From: Patescibacteria group bacterium
Lineage (GTDB): Bacteria > Patescibacteriota > Minisyncoccia > JAHIHE01 > JAGLIN01
Assembly (NCBI GenBank): GCA_019428855.1
Contig: JAHYJV010000001.1
Location: forward strand, 14,885 to 78,884
Length of the DNA: 64,000 nt
Direction: 5' to 3'
This document shows, one piece after another, positions 21,999 through 32,799 of this stretch. The notes under the pieces are model-generated. The model had not been told where the DNA came from. It worked only from the letters and a program-made list of their open reading frames with translations, and searched no databases. The position numbers and the translations under genes were made by a program. The stretch's first letter is position 1. Each line of letters opens with the position of its first letter.

Positions 21999-22395
21999 TG
22001 GTGGAGATGGCGGGAATTGAACCCGCGTCTAGTAAATCCATTTAAAAATCATCTACCAATATATGCCGTTCTTTGGGGTTTAAAATTTATAAGCAATGAA
22101 CGACCAAGACCTCATAAATTCGATTCTGACTAAATTTTCAGATTTTTGCGGTAAGAAATCACAAAGTCCTATCTTGATGTATAACACCGAAGTTTTGCCT
22201 ATCAAGATTTGGCAAATCGATGGCTACCGGTCTATTAGACAGTAGCAGTCGCAAATGTAGGAACTCTAAATAGAGAAGCTACTTTGCTTACAAGTGATTC
22301 TGCACTTATATTTTTCTGATAATTTTTACGAGATTAACCAGAATGCTCGATTGGCAATTTTCAAATTAAGATTCCTATCGAATCTAAACATCCCC
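21999..22395 (-). ncRNA. ssrA: tmRNA; tag reading frame AESLVSKVASLFRVPTFATATV
   Basis: 5' GGGGATGTTTAGATTCGA, 3' GACGCGGGTTCAATTCCCGCCATCTCCACCA; resume context ATAAGT-GCA at 22303, tandem stops TAA TAG; directly downstream of smpB. Confidence 0.95.
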
Positions 22396-22443
22396 ATAAG
22401 TATGATGAAATTAATTTAAATATCAACATACTTATGATTATCT

Positions 22444-22890
22444 TTATTTTTCTCGTAAAGCTCTTTTCATACTCACTTCAGCCTCTCTTTTTTTGATATC
22501 TTCTCGCTTGTCAATTTTCTTTTTTCCCTTACCAACACCAAACTCAAGCTTTATAAGCCCGCGAGTAGAGTATACTCTAATTGGTACTAATGTCAACCCT
22601 TTTTGGCTAATTTTTCCAAGTAGAGATTTGATTTCTTTTTTATGGATGAGAACCTTCCTAGATTGATTGGGGTCGTATTCTGGTGGCATATTTTTTACTT
22701 GATAGGCTGGGATATTGGCATTTGTTAAAAATGCTTCATTTTCATGAATTGTGACGAATGCTCCTTTAAGACTAATGTGTCCAGTTTTAATTGATTTAAC
22801 TTCATATCCAGCTAATACTAACCCACCTTCTAGTTTTTCTAGAATTTCATAATCAAAATTGACTCGTTTATTAATAGCGTATGTTGGCAT
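22444..22890 (-). CDS. smpB: SsrA-binding protein
   Basis: GLVLAGYEVKSIK, GLTLVP, GKGKKKIDKRE motifs. Confidence 0.97.
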   Translation of the reverse strand: MPTYAINKRVNFDYEILEKLEGGLVLAGYEVKSIKTGHISLKGAFVTIHENEAFLTNANIPAYQVKNMPPEYDPNQSRKVLIHKKEIKSLLGKISQKGLTLVPIRVYSTRGLIKLEFGVGKGKKKIDKREDIKKREAEVSMKRALREK

Positions 22891-23105
22891 GTTTACAATT
22901 GCTTTATTTTAAGTAATTTATTGTCATTTCAGATCCCATTTGGTAAGAAATCTCTTAGTGGATTTTTTCAGAAAACATAATAAATATCAGAATAAAATCT
23001 AGAAAATCTTTCAATTATACCTCATTTCGAGATAATAAATAATATAATTTTAGTTTAACATAAATATCGAGAATGATGAATAGAAAATGATGAAATTTCT
23101 AATTA

Positions 23106-23258
23106 CTTTGAATTACGAAATACCTCCTTTTGTCATTTCGAAATGAGCGATAGCGATTGAGAAATCCCTTCAACAATGTAAATAGCGATAATAATATTGA
23201 AGGGATTCCTCGCTTAAGGCTCAAAATGACACAAAAATTTGCATTTCGCAATTCAAAG
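23106..23258. mobile_element. MITE, core type 3 (GTCATTTCGAAATGAGCG...GCTCAAAATGAC)
   Basis: CTTTGAATTACGAAAT...ATTTCGCAATTCAAAG termini. Confidence 0.85.
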
Positions 23259-23322
23259 TAATTATTGACACTCCAGACCATAGGCTTATAATTAAAGCAG
23301 TAAATAACTAATTTGTAAATAT

Positions 23323-24480
23323 ATGAAAATTGGAATTGATGCACAAACGATTTTAAGTCCAAAACTGGGAGATGCTGCAGGGCTTGGGCATTATACTTAT
23401 CATTTGATTGACAACTTGCTTAAAATTGATCAAAAAAATAAGTATGTTTTGTTTTTTAATTATAAAGCTCGAAAAGCTGATATTGAAAAATTGAGTAAGC
23501 AAAATGTGACAATTCGAAGATTTCCTTTTTCATATTATAAAAATTTTTTGCCACTAGCATATTCTGAAACTTTGGCGACAGCTTTTTTCTTGCGTGATAA
23601 ACTTGATGTACTTTTTGTTCCAGGAGGTCGAGTGCCAATGACCTATCAGAAAAAAATTGTGGTGACGGGATATAATTTAGCCGTGAAAAAATATCCAGAA
23701 CTTTTTTCAAAAAAAGAAGCTTTGAAATATAAAATAAAACCTTCAGCTTTCAAAAGAGCTGATGTTGTAATTGCCTCAAATCAAGCTGCAAAAAGTAATA
23801 TGGAAGCTGATTTTGGGGTTGAGAGCGAAAAGATACGAGTTATTCATAATGCTTTTGATGAAGATTTTTTTCAAATTGCCAGTGTAAATGAAATTCAGAA
23901 TGTTAAAAATAAATATAAAATAGAAGGCGAATATCTATTATATATGAATACTATTAAGCCGTCTAATAATCTGCCGAAACTAATTGAAGCATTTTCAATG
24001 TTACGATTGTTATTAAAGGGTAAAAAACCAAATTCAAATTATAAATTAGTCTTAGCTGGAAAAAATGGCTGGCTCTCTGACGAAATTCATCAGGTTGCAA
24101 AAGACTTTGGCTTGAAGAATGAAGTTATTTTTCCAGGATATATTGCACAGGAAGACCTGAATCCGCTTTATAGTGGAGCTGATGTTTTTGTTTCTGTTCC
24201 AATTTATGAAGAATTTGGAGCGACAGTTTTAGAAGCGATGGCCTGCGGAATACCGGTAGTATGTTCGAATGTACCTGCCCTTTCTGAAATTACAGGCGGG
24301 GCAGTTCAATTAGTTGACCCCTATGATGTGGATCGAATTAAATGTGTGATTTTGAAAGTTCTTGATGATGATGTTTTGCGAAGAGAGATGAAGGAGAGGG
24401 GATTAGAGCAAGCCAAGAAATTTCATTGGAGAAAAACTGCAGAAGAGACCTTGAAGGTTTTGGAAGAAGTGGCGAAGTAG
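23323..24480 (+). CDS. glycosyltransferase family 4 (GT-B)
   Basis: MKIGIDA start, YEEFGATVLEAMACGIPVV motif. Confidence 0.92.
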   Translation: MKIGIDAQTILSPKLGDAAGLGHYTYHLIDNLLKIDQKNKYVLFFNYKARKADIEKLSKQNVTIRRFPFSYYKNFLPLAYSETLATAFFLRDKLDVLFVPGGRVPMTYQKKIVVTGYNLAVKKYPELFSKKEALKYKIKPSAFKRADVVIASNQAAKSNMEADFGVESEKIRVIHNAFDEDFFQIASVNEIQNVKNKYKIEGEYLLYMNTIKPSNNLPKLIEAFSMLRLLLKGKKPNSNYKLVLAGKNGWLSDEIHQVAKDFGLKNEVIFPGYIAQEDLNPLYSGADVFVSVPIYEEFGATVLEAMACGIPVVCSNVPALSEITGGAVQLVDPYDVDRIKCVILKVLDDDVLRREMKERGLEQAKKFHWRKTAEETLKVLEEVAK

Positions 24481-24772
24481 TTTTTAGATTTGCATTTTTA
24501 TAATTCTGAAGGATTAAGCTACGAGAAAGGTTTGATGTTTTAGTTTCTGTTATTTCAAATTTGATTTAGAATTTTTGTTATTACAAGTTTTTATTTTTTA
24601 TTTAGAAATTTTTTTTTATTTACAGTCTAATTGCAATTATTTGCTTAATTGCATATTGTGTTTTTATTATGAGAAAAATAGCATGTCAATTATGGTTTAA
24701 ATTAATGTAATGGACAAAAGTCCTGAATCAAGTTTAGGATGGTAAATTGGTTGATAATTATATTATATTATC

Positions 24773-24812
24773 AAAACAAAATCCGCAGACTGATGAGCGG
24801 ATTTTGTTTTTT
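24773..24812. terminator. bidirectional intrinsic terminator-like hairpin
   Basis: AAAACAAAATCCGC / GCGGATTTTGTTTT plus T-run. Confidence 0.65.
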
Positions 24813-24998
24813 TCTCAACTCGTCTTTCGGGAAAGATGGGATGGGAAAAAAGAAAAAGGAAGGGACTAACTAATTGTCCTTGTAATTAATTTTAATTTCT
24901 TTTTGATTTCGTCAATTTCTAATCCTTTTTGCATTATACCAATGCAATGGTTTATCTGACTGATAAGAAAATCTAATTTATATAGTCCCCGTCTTCTT

Positions 24999-25202
24999 TT
25001 AAAAATTATTATTTGCATGCAACAGAATTATTTCCCCGATACTTTTCTTTTTAGAGGACTTTAAGGAATACGCCAATTCCGTTAGCATTTCTTCTGGATC
25101 TCCCTTTTTATAATTATTGCGTTTTTTACAACCTCTTAATGATGTAATTATCTTTAAGAGAAGAGTGTATCCCTGATTGAGTTTCTTATTTACTTCTTTC
25201 AT
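24999..25202 (-). CDS. antisense small hypothetical ORF, possibly frameshift-truncated
   Basis: GGAGG RBS before ATG; coding-like sequence continues in another frame to ~24870, where a minus-strand terminator-like hairpin lies. Confidence 0.45.
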   Translation of the reverse strand: MKEVNKKLNQGYTLLLKIITSLRGCKKRNNYKKGDPEEMLTELAYSLKSSKKKSIGEIILLHANNNF

Positions 25203-25713
25203 ATTATAGCCTCCATAACTGGAAAACTAATAATTAAAACAGTTTTTATAATCAATTTTCTGGGATAAAGGTTTTTTTATTTTCTTCCTAATATTTCAAA
25301 GAACTTGTTTAAGTAGTTTTTGTTGTTTTTTATAAAACTTAGTAGGTTAACATAATTGGAAATATGTATAGCTTTACTTTTTGCTGTTTTTGGCTTATTA
25401 TAAAAGAGTATATAAGAATGTTTTACTTCAGTTCATATAAATTAAGTCTGTCATTTAGAACTTGATTCAGTATTATTATATAGCAATGAAATAATTTTAT
25501 AAATCACTGAATGTTTGATAAAAGTGAAAAATCAATAATTAGAAGATATAGAAATAACGGTCGCAGTTAAACTGTAAGCAAACAAATATTGTAAGCTAAA
25601 AAAAAATAAGATGTAATATTCGAAGGATTTTGAATTAAGTTCAGAATGACAAAGATAATGTCAATAATCTAATAAGAAAGTATTATTATATATTAAAATC
25701 TAAAATTAAAATA

Positions 25714-28700
25714 ATGTTTAAAAAGGTAAATCCGAGGCAGAATTTTCCAGAGATGGAGAAGGATGTGATGAAATTTTGGGAAGATAATAAAATATTTGAA
25801 AAATCTGTAGAAAATCAGGGTAATAAAAAAACATATAGCTTTTTTGATGGACCTCCGTTTGCGACAGGGCTTCCTCACTATGGACATGTTGTCGCCAGTT
25901 TGATCAAGGATGTTGTACCACGATTTCGGACAATGAAAGGCAACAAAGTGAACCGTAAATGGGGTTGGGATTGTCATGGTTTGCCGATTGAAAATTTGAT
26001 TGAAAAAGAACACGATATCAAAAATAAGCAGGATATTGAAAAGTGGGGGGTTGATAATTTCAATAATACTTGTCATAATTCTGTTTTGCGTTATGCGGAA
26101 GATTGGAAGAAATTTATTCCACGCATGGGTAGATGGGTTGATATGGAAAATGATTATCGCACGATGGATTGGAAATATACGGAAAGTATTTGGTGGGTTT
26201 TTTCCGAGCTTTTCAAAAAAGGACTGGTTTATGAAGGACACAAAGCGATGCATATTTGCCCAAGGTGTGAGACGACGCTTTCTAATTTTGAAGTGACGCA
26301 GGGATATAAGTATATCACAGATTTATCGGCGACAGTGAAGTTTAAGTTGAAAAAAGAGAGCGGAAAATTGTTAAGGGAAAAGATCCTGAATCAAGTTCAG
26401 GATGACAGTGCAAATCAGGATGAAAAAAATCTCAGGGCGAATTTCTCAAATCATAATGATGAAGATGTTTTTTTGTTAGCTTGGACAACAACGCCGTGGA
26501 CTTTACCGGGAAATGTGGCTTTGGCGGTTAGGGAAGATATTGAGTATATAGAAATTGCTGAAAGCATTAAAGGTAGTATAAGTTCAGATAATAAAACATA
26601 TGAGCTTCCTAGTAATGAAAAATATATCATTGCAAAAAAAATCTTTTCAAAAGAAAGTCAAAAACTTGTGACAGATAATGATTTAAGTCAGGTTTATATT
26701 TACGAAGGAAAGAATTATAAAATAATTAAAGAATTTAAAGGTAAAGATTTAGTCGGTTTGGAATATGAACCTTTGTTTGACTATTATTTTCAAAAAGATG
26801 ATTTGGAAAATAAAGATAACGGTTGGAAAATTTATGCTGGTGATTTTGTTTCCACAGATGAAGGAACAGGAGTTGTTCATATTGCACCAGCATTTGGAGA
26901 TGACGATATGAAGATGGGGCAGAAACATAATTTGCCTTTTGTTCAGCATGTTAAAATGAGCGGGAGATTTACAGAGGAAGTGGTTGATTTCAAGGATAAA
27001 GATGGAGGAAATGCGGAAGTAAAACCTAAGGGAGTGGCTGGCGAAAAAGATGCAAACATGAAGACTGATATTGAAATTATCAAATATTTAGCACATCATA
27101 ATTTTCTGTTTTCAAAGAAAAAATATGAACATAGTTATCCTCATTGTTGGAGATGTGATACGCCGCTTTTGAATTATGCGACGAGTTCTTGGTTTGTGAA
27201 GGTGACGGAAATTAAAGATCAAATGGTGACAAATAACAAACAAGTAAACTGGACTCCGGAATATATTAAGGAGGGGAGATTTGGAAAGTGGCTGGAAGAT
27301 GCGCGCGATTGGGCAATTTCACGAAACCGATTTTGGGGAGCTCCGCTACCAATTTGGAAGTGCTCAGATTGTGAGAATGTTGAAGTTGTGAATTCGATTG
27401 ATGAACTTCGAGAAAAAACAGAGGAGAAAATCACCAAGTTTATTTTTGTCAGACATGGGGAAAGTGAAAGTAATTTAAATAATACGAAAGTAAGTCAAAT
27501 AAATGATTATCCATTGACGAACAAAGGCATTGAACAGTCGAAAAATATTGCAAAAATATTAAGTGACGAAAAGATTGATATCATCATTTCTTCTCCTATA
27601 CTCAGAACAAAACAGACCGCTGATATTATCAATGAGGTTTTAAATATTGAGAGAATTGAAGATGATAGAATCAAGGAATATGAATATGGGTCTTGGAACG
27701 GTCATAGCAGTGAGGAATTGTTTTGTGAAAAGAATGAAATATATCAAAATTATAAAAAGATGGAGGGTCCCGAAGAAAAATGGCATTTTAAATTTGGGGG
27801 AGACGGCGAGTCAAGGCTTGAAGTTGAAAAGAGAGTGCGGATTTTTATGGAAGAAATTAACAAAAAATATGCGGGTCAGAATATATTAGTTGTCAGCCAT
27901 GGCGGAGTCAATGCAATGCTTGTCAAGATTTTTGAGAATTTATCAATCAAGGAAACATACAAACATGAGTTTATCGGTCATGCAGAAAAAAGTGTTTTTT
28001 ATGCAAACAGTGAAGGAAAAAAATTTGACCTTCATAAACCAAATATTGATGGAGTAAAAATTAAATGTTCTGCTTGTGGTAGTGAGGCAAAAATCGTCGG
28101 TGATGTATTTGATTGTTGGTTTGAATCTGGTTCAATGCCTTATGCTCAGTGGCACTATCCATTTGAAAACAAGGATGAATTTGAAAAAAATTTTCCAGCA
28201 GATTTTATTGCGGAAGGGTTGGATCAAACGCGAGGTTGGTTCTATACTTTGATGGTGCTTTCGACGGCACTTTTTGACAAAGCTCCATTTAATAATGTGA
28301 TTGTGAATGGTATGGTCCTAGCCGAAGATGGGCAGAAAATGAGCAAGAGATTACAGAACTATCCCGAGCCTAATTTGGTAATCGAAAAATATGGAGCTGA
28401 TGCTTTGCGATATTATCTTTTGTCTTCACCGGTGATGAAAGGGGAGAGTTTGCGATTTTCAGAAAAGGGAGTTGATGAAGTTCTGAAGAAGTTTATTTTG
28501 ACGCTTTGGAATACCTATTCATTTTTGGTGATGAATGTGGACGAAGAGATCTTTCTTCGCCAAGCTCAGAATGACAAAGTATATTTAAAATCTGAAAATC
28601 TACTTGATCAGTGGATTATTTCAGAATTCAATATTTTAATTGGAGAGGTGAATAAGGAAATGGAAAACTATGATTTGGTGCGTGCCACCAGACCATTGCG

Positions 28701-29550
28701 TGAGTTTATAGAGAAGCTTTCCAATTGGTATGTTCGTCGAAGTAGAAAAAGATTTGCGTCAGAAAATGTTAATGATCGGAATTTTGCCCAGCAAACTTTA
28801 TATTATGTTCTGAGCGAATATGCGAAATTGTTAGCGCCATTTATGCCATTTTTATCTGAAGAAATATATCGAAATTTAACTGACAAAGAGTCTGTTCATC
28901 TGTCGGATTATCCCATTTCTAATCAAGATTTAATCAATGAAAAAGTAAGCGGTGAAATGAATTTTATTAGACAGGTGATTTCGCTGGGCTTGGCGATTCG
29001 TGCCAAGAATGCAATTAAGGTCAGAATGCCTCTGGCTACTTTACAAATTCAAAGTGAAAAATCGAAATTGGAAAATAAAGAATTAATGAATTTGATAAAG
29101 GAAGAATTAAATGTGAAGGCCGTTGAGTTTGTTGAATCTTTGCAAAAAGGATCTACTCAAGAGAATGGAGCAGACGAAGGTGGCTGGGCGATTGCAGAGG
29201 AAGTAGGATTGAAAGTGGCACTTGATTTGAATTTGACGGAAGAATTAAAAAATGAAGGATTGGCCAGAGAGTTAGTTCGACATATTCAAGTGATGAGAAA
29301 AGAGGCAAAATTTAATCGAGAGGATTTGATTTTTATTGAATACAGCTTTATAAAAGAAAGCAAGGGAGTGGAGAAAGCTTTTGAAAGCTGGAAAGATTGT
29401 ATCAAAAAAGAGTGTTTGGCAAAAACTATGAAATTCAAAGAAGTAATTGAAAGTGAAAATTTTGATTCAGTGAAAGAATTGAAGGTGGGGGAGTCTGTGG
29501 TTAAAGTTGGGGTTAAAAAATATAATAAAAAAGAAAGGAAGATTTTATAA
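25714..29550 (+). CDS. ileS: isoleucine--tRNA ligase (type 2) with inserted histidine-phosphatase domain
   Basis: DGPPFATGLPHYGH, GWDCHGLP, WTTTPWTLP, GTGVVH, KMSKR; RHGES domain inserted at ~27430-28020. Confidence 0.96.
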   Translation: MFKKVNPRQNFPEMEKDVMKFWEDNKIFEKSVENQGNKKTYSFFDGPPFATGLPHYGHVVASLIKDVVPRFRTMKGNKVNRKWGWDCHGLPIENLIEKEHDIKNKQDIEKWGVDNFNNTCHNSVLRYAEDWKKFIPRMGRWVDMENDYRTMDWKYTESIWWVFSELFKKGLVYEGHKAMHICPRCETTLSNFEVTQGYKYITDLSATVKFKLKKESGKLLREKILNQVQDDSANQDEKNLRANFSNHNDEDVFLLAWTTTPWTLPGNVALAVREDIEYIEIAESIKGSISSDNKTYELPSNEKYIIAKKIFSKESQKLVTDNDLSQVYIYEGKNYKIIKEFKGKDLVGLEYEPLFDYYFQKDDLENKDNGWKIYAGDFVSTDEGTGVVHIAPAFGDDDMKMGQKHNLPFVQHVKMSGRFTEEVVDFKDKDGGNAEVKPKGVAGEKDANMKTDIEIIKYLAHHNFLFSKKKYEHSYPHCWRCDTPLLNYATSSWFVKVTEIKDQMVTNNKQVNWTPEYIKEGRFGKWLEDARDWAISRNRFWGAPLPIWKCSDCENVEVVNSIDELREKTEEKITKFIFVRHGESESNLNNTKVSQINDYPLTNKGIEQSKNIAKILSDEKIDIIISSPILRTKQTADIINEVLNIERIEDDRIKEYEYGSWNGHSSEELFCEKNEIYQNYKKMEGPEEKWHFKFGGDGESRLEVEKRVRIFMEEINKKYAGQNILVVSHGGVNAMLVKIFENLSIKETYKHEFIGHAEKSVFYANSEGKKFDLHKPNIDGVKIKCSACGSEAKIVGDVFDCWFESGSMPYAQWHYPFENKDEFEKNFPADFIAEGLDQTRGWFYTLMVLSTALFDKAPFNNVIVNGMVLAEDGQKMSKRLQNYPEPNLVIEKYGADALRYYLLSSPVMKGESLRFSEKGVDEVLKKFILTLWNTYSFLVMNVDEEIFLRQAQNDKVYLKSENLLDQWIISEFNILIGEVNKEMENYDLVRATRPLREFIEKLSNWYVRRSRKRFASENVNDRNFAQQTLYYVLSEYAKLLAPFMPFLSEEIYRNLTDKESVHLSDYPISNQDLINEKVSGEMNFIRQVISLGLAIRAKNAIKVRMPLATLQIQSEKSKLENKELMNLIKEELNVKAVEFVESLQKGSTQENGADEGGWAIAEEVGLKVALDLNLTEELKNEGLARELVRHIQVMRKEAKFNREDLIFIEYSFIKESKGVEKAFESWKDCIKKECLAKTMKFKEVIESENFDSVKELKVGESVVKVGVKKYNKKERKIL

Positions 29551-29594
29551 TTTATATAATCATCTGCCTTTCGTAATTTGATTTCGTTGAAGAT

Positions 29595-29873
29595 TTATCT
29601 TTTGGCTAGTACATTTACTGTGAAAACCGAGATTTTATATCCTCCTTTTTGTATAGTAAAGAGAGGTTTTTCCCCTATTATACTTGTATTACAAAAAAAA
29701 GATCCGACCTTATCTGGAATAATTCCATACCCTCCTTTAACATTGATTTTTTTGTTTGGAATTACTAATCTTCCATCAGGTGTTATAGCGACTAGTTGTG
29801 CAACGCCGTTCAAGCTTTTTTTTTCGAATGTTAGTACCTCTATTGAAATTGCTGCTGTACTTATTTTTACCAT
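29595..29873 (-). CDS. antisense small hypothetical protein (92 aa)
   Basis: ATG-started ORF with beta-rich protein-like sequence filling the ileS-recO gap. Confidence 0.5.
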   Translation of the reverse strand: MVKISTAAISIEVLTFEKKSLNGVAQLVAITPDGRLVIPNKKINVKGGYGIIPDKVGSFFCNTSIIGEKPLFTIQKGGYKISVFTVNVLAKR

Positions 29874-29960
29874 TAAATCACATCTTTTTGGAGTTAAGAA
29901 TATTAATATCTTAAAACAATTAAATTCTATATAAAAAAAGAATATTTGTCAATTATTTGA

Positions 29961-30755
29961 ATGTCCACATATAAAACTCAGGGAATAGTAATTAAAAGAA
30001 GTCACTTTGGAGAGTCGAGCTTGATTTTGAGTGTTTACACAAAAGACTATGGAAAGGTTGAGGCTGTGGCAAGATCCGCGCGTAAGGTCCATGGAAAGCT
30101 CAAAGGGCATCTTGAACTTTTTCTGCTGTCGGATTTTATATTTGCCTACGGAAAAAATATCGATAAAATTGCCAATAGCTATTCTTTGGATAATTTTGAG
30201 AATCTGAGAAATAATTTAAATATTTCTTTTGGTGCTTATTATATTTTGGAATTGACAGATAGAATCACTGAACAGGGTTTTCGGAATGAAAGGTTATATT
30301 ATTTATTGAAAGACACGATGAATTTTTTGGATTCATTATCTCAAGAAGATGCCTTGAAATATTATTTGGCAATAATTCAATATCAGATAAATGCAATACA
30401 ATTATCTGGATTTTTCCCAGAAATGAACGAGTGTACTATTTGCCAAGAAAAAATTAAACTTGAGGAAAATTATTTCAGTTTTTATCACGGAGGGATTATT
30501 CAAAAAAAATGTCTGCATAGTGACAAAGATGCAGTTGCAATTGATAATGATGTCATTAAAATAATGAGATTATTATATATAGACAAGGGTGAAATTAATG
30601 AATATAGAGGTAATATAAAAAATAATATTAAAATTATTAATAAGTTGAAAGTGAAAAAAAAGTTAATTTTTCAATTGCTTAAGTTGATGAATAAATTTAT
30701 TGAAAATAATATTGAAAGAAAGATTAACGGTATTGATTTTCTAGGGGTCGTGTAG
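29961..30755 (+). CDS. recO: DNA repair protein RecO
   Basis: YKTQGIVIK, YTKDYGKVEAVAR, CTIC zinc region. Confidence 0.92.
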   Translation: MSTYKTQGIVIKRSHFGESSLILSVYTKDYGKVEAVARSARKVHGKLKGHLELFLLSDFIFAYGKNIDKIANSYSLDNFENLRNNLNISFGAYYILELTDRITEQGFRNERLYYLLKDTMNFLDSLSQEDALKYYLAIIQYQINAIQLSGFFPEMNECTICQEKIKLEENYFSFYHGGIIQKKCLHSDKDAVAIDNDVIKIMRLLYIDKGEINEYRGNIKNNIKIINKLKVKKKLIFQLLKLMNKFIENNIERKINGIDFLGVV

Positions 30756-30965
30756 TATCTTTGAATTAAATCCTATTTTTCTTCGGAATTTATGCTGAAT
30801 TTATCAAAGCAAAGAGATGACAAAAAATGTGTTTGAAAGAGGTTTATGTAAAAGGCTTGAATAGCGACTAACCGCACTCTCGGAGATGATAAATTAAAAT
30901 AATTTGTGCAGTTTTGGACAAAAGCGTTAAATTTCTGTATTATTAAAATATGATAACTAATAATC

Positions 30966-31067
30966 AAAGGACAGTCCTTTCCTTGGTTTATTTAATTTGC
31001 ACTGATATATTTACGCAAAGCAAAGAAAACTTAAAGACTTAATAAATGAAGTAAAGGACTGTCTTTC
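30966..31067. repeat. short palindrome pair AAAGGAC(A/T)GTCCTTT
   Basis: Copies at 30966-30980 and 31053-31067; related copies near 11215 and 37679. Confidence 0.55.
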
Positions 31068-31097
31068 TATCAATAACATAATCTAACATTTTAACAA

Positions 31098-32630
31098 ATG
31101 TCATTTAACTTTCCATCACCAACTCCAAATAATAAAAAAGATTATTACATTCAGAGAGGAATAGAGGTTCTTCCGGGGCTTATAACCTGGTCTTTTTTGA
31201 TTTTGAGTATATATTTATCTTTTCGTTCACCATTATATATAGCAATTTTTATTATTATCTTTGATTTATATTGGATGATTAAGGTATTTTATATCACGGT
31301 CTTTATGGTTTTCGGTTATCGGAGAATTAGGATTTGGGAAAAAATTGATTGGCTTGTAAAGTGTGAAAAAATTTCAAATGAGAAAGAGAATCTTGATTGG
31401 AGAAATTTATATCATCTAGTTATAATTCCGACCTATAAAGAGGGAATTGAAATATTAGAGCCATCATTAGACTCGCTTTTGAACTCTGATTATCCAAAGG
31501 AAAAAATGATTGTCATTTTAGCCTTCGAAGAGCGTGCCGGAAGTGAAGCAATTAAGAGAGCACAAATATTAGAGGAAAAATATTCAGGTAAATTTTTTAG
31601 CTATCTGACAACTTTTCATCCAGATGGTATTTCTGGCGAAGCAAAAGTGAAGGGAGCAAATACGAGCTGGGCAGCCGAGGAAGCAAGGTTGTTTTTGATT
31701 GAAAAAAATATAAAAAATGAAAATGTAATTGTTTCTACATTTGATTGTGATACTTGTGTACACTTTAAGTATTTTTCGTGTTTAACTTATCAGTTTTTGA
31801 AAAATCCACTTCGCCATCAATTTAGCTATCAGCCACTACCTCTATATAATAATAATATTTGGAAAACTAATAGTGTTGTCAGAGTAATAATGGTAAGTTC
31901 TTCTTTTTGGCAAATTATGCAATCTGTGCGGTATAATAAAATGGTTACCTTCTCAAGCCATTCAATGAGCTTTAAAACTTTGGTTGAAATAAATTATTGG
32001 CCGAAAGATATGATTTCTGATGACTCAATTATTTTTTGGAAATGTTTTATGCTTTATCATGGAAATTATTTCGTCGAACCAATATATTTGACAGTTTCTT
32101 TAGACGCTGTGTTGGATGATAATTATGTTAAAACACTAATAAATCAATATAAACAGCAGCGTCGTTGGGCATGGGGAATTGAGAATATTCCTGTGATATA
32201 TAGAGCATTTTTAAGCGATCATAAAATTTCGCTCAAGAAAAAAATTAGTAAAGCTTGGGAAGAATTAGCTGGAAGAATTTCGTGGGGGTTGACACCTATC
32301 ATTATCGCTTTTTTTGGATGGCTTCCTATTTGGTTTGGCGGAGATGAATTTAATCAGACCGTTATTGCTTTGAATTTACCAAAGATTTTGGGTTATCTGA
32401 TGACATTCGCTATGTTTGGTTTGTTTATTTCAATGTTTATGTCACTTTATTTACTTCCTACTCCTTCAGGGAAGGTAAGTATATTTAAGAGGGCGACAAT
32501 GGTGATTCAATGGATTCTTGCTCCTCTAGTTGCTATTCCGCTTGGTGCTTTGCCGATGATTGATGCTCAAACCAGAATGTTGTTTGGAAAATATATGGAA
32601 TTTTGGGTAACGAAAAAGGTAAGGAAGTAG
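31098..32630 (+). CDS. membrane glycosyltransferase family 2
   Basis: IPTYKE, FDCD (DxD), QQRRWAWG (QxxRW), flanking TMs. Confidence 0.9.
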   Translation: MSFNFPSPTPNNKKDYYIQRGIEVLPGLITWSFLILSIYLSFRSPLYIAIFIIIFDLYWMIKVFYITVFMVFGYRRIRIWEKIDWLVKCEKISNEKENLDWRNLYHLVIIPTYKEGIEILEPSLDSLLNSDYPKEKMIVILAFEERAGSEAIKRAQILEEKYSGKFFSYLTTFHPDGISGEAKVKGANTSWAAEEARLFLIEKNIKNENVIVSTFDCDTCVHFKYFSCLTYQFLKNPLRHQFSYQPLPLYNNNIWKTNSVVRVIMVSSSFWQIMQSVRYNKMVTFSSHSMSFKTLVEINYWPKDMISDDSIIFWKCFMLYHGNYFVEPIYLTVSLDAVLDDNYVKTLINQYKQQRRWAWGIENIPVIYRAFLSDHKISLKKKISKAWEELAGRISWGLTPIIIAFFGWLPIWFGGDEFNQTVIALNLPKILGYLMTFAMFGLFISMFMSLYLLPTPSGKVSIFKRATMVIQWILAPLVAIPLGALPMIDAQTRMLFGKYMEFWVTKKVRK

Positions 32631-32799
32631 GATTAGAAATTTGTGATTAGTGTCGAGTAGCAAGTATTAAATATTAAGGAAATTATTTAATTTTGTTGCT
32701 GGCTTAATTTTTTTTATCTAACAATACGGAGGAATTTTTCATGTGGTTGGATGTTTTAAAAAACAGCTTAATGTAATTTTACATTTAGTCTGACGAGAT

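Noticed and set aside
23099-23362. 87-aa minus-strand ORF
   Set aside because: Runs through a MITE and overlaps the GT4 start.
25440-25713. T-box leader upstream of ileS
   Set aside because: No T-box GGTGG-ACC motif seen; the region holds a degenerate REP pair instead.
29578-29934. 118-aa plus-strand ORF
   Set aside because: TTG start with shadow-like composition; the minus-strand ATG ORF 29595-29873 is more protein-like.
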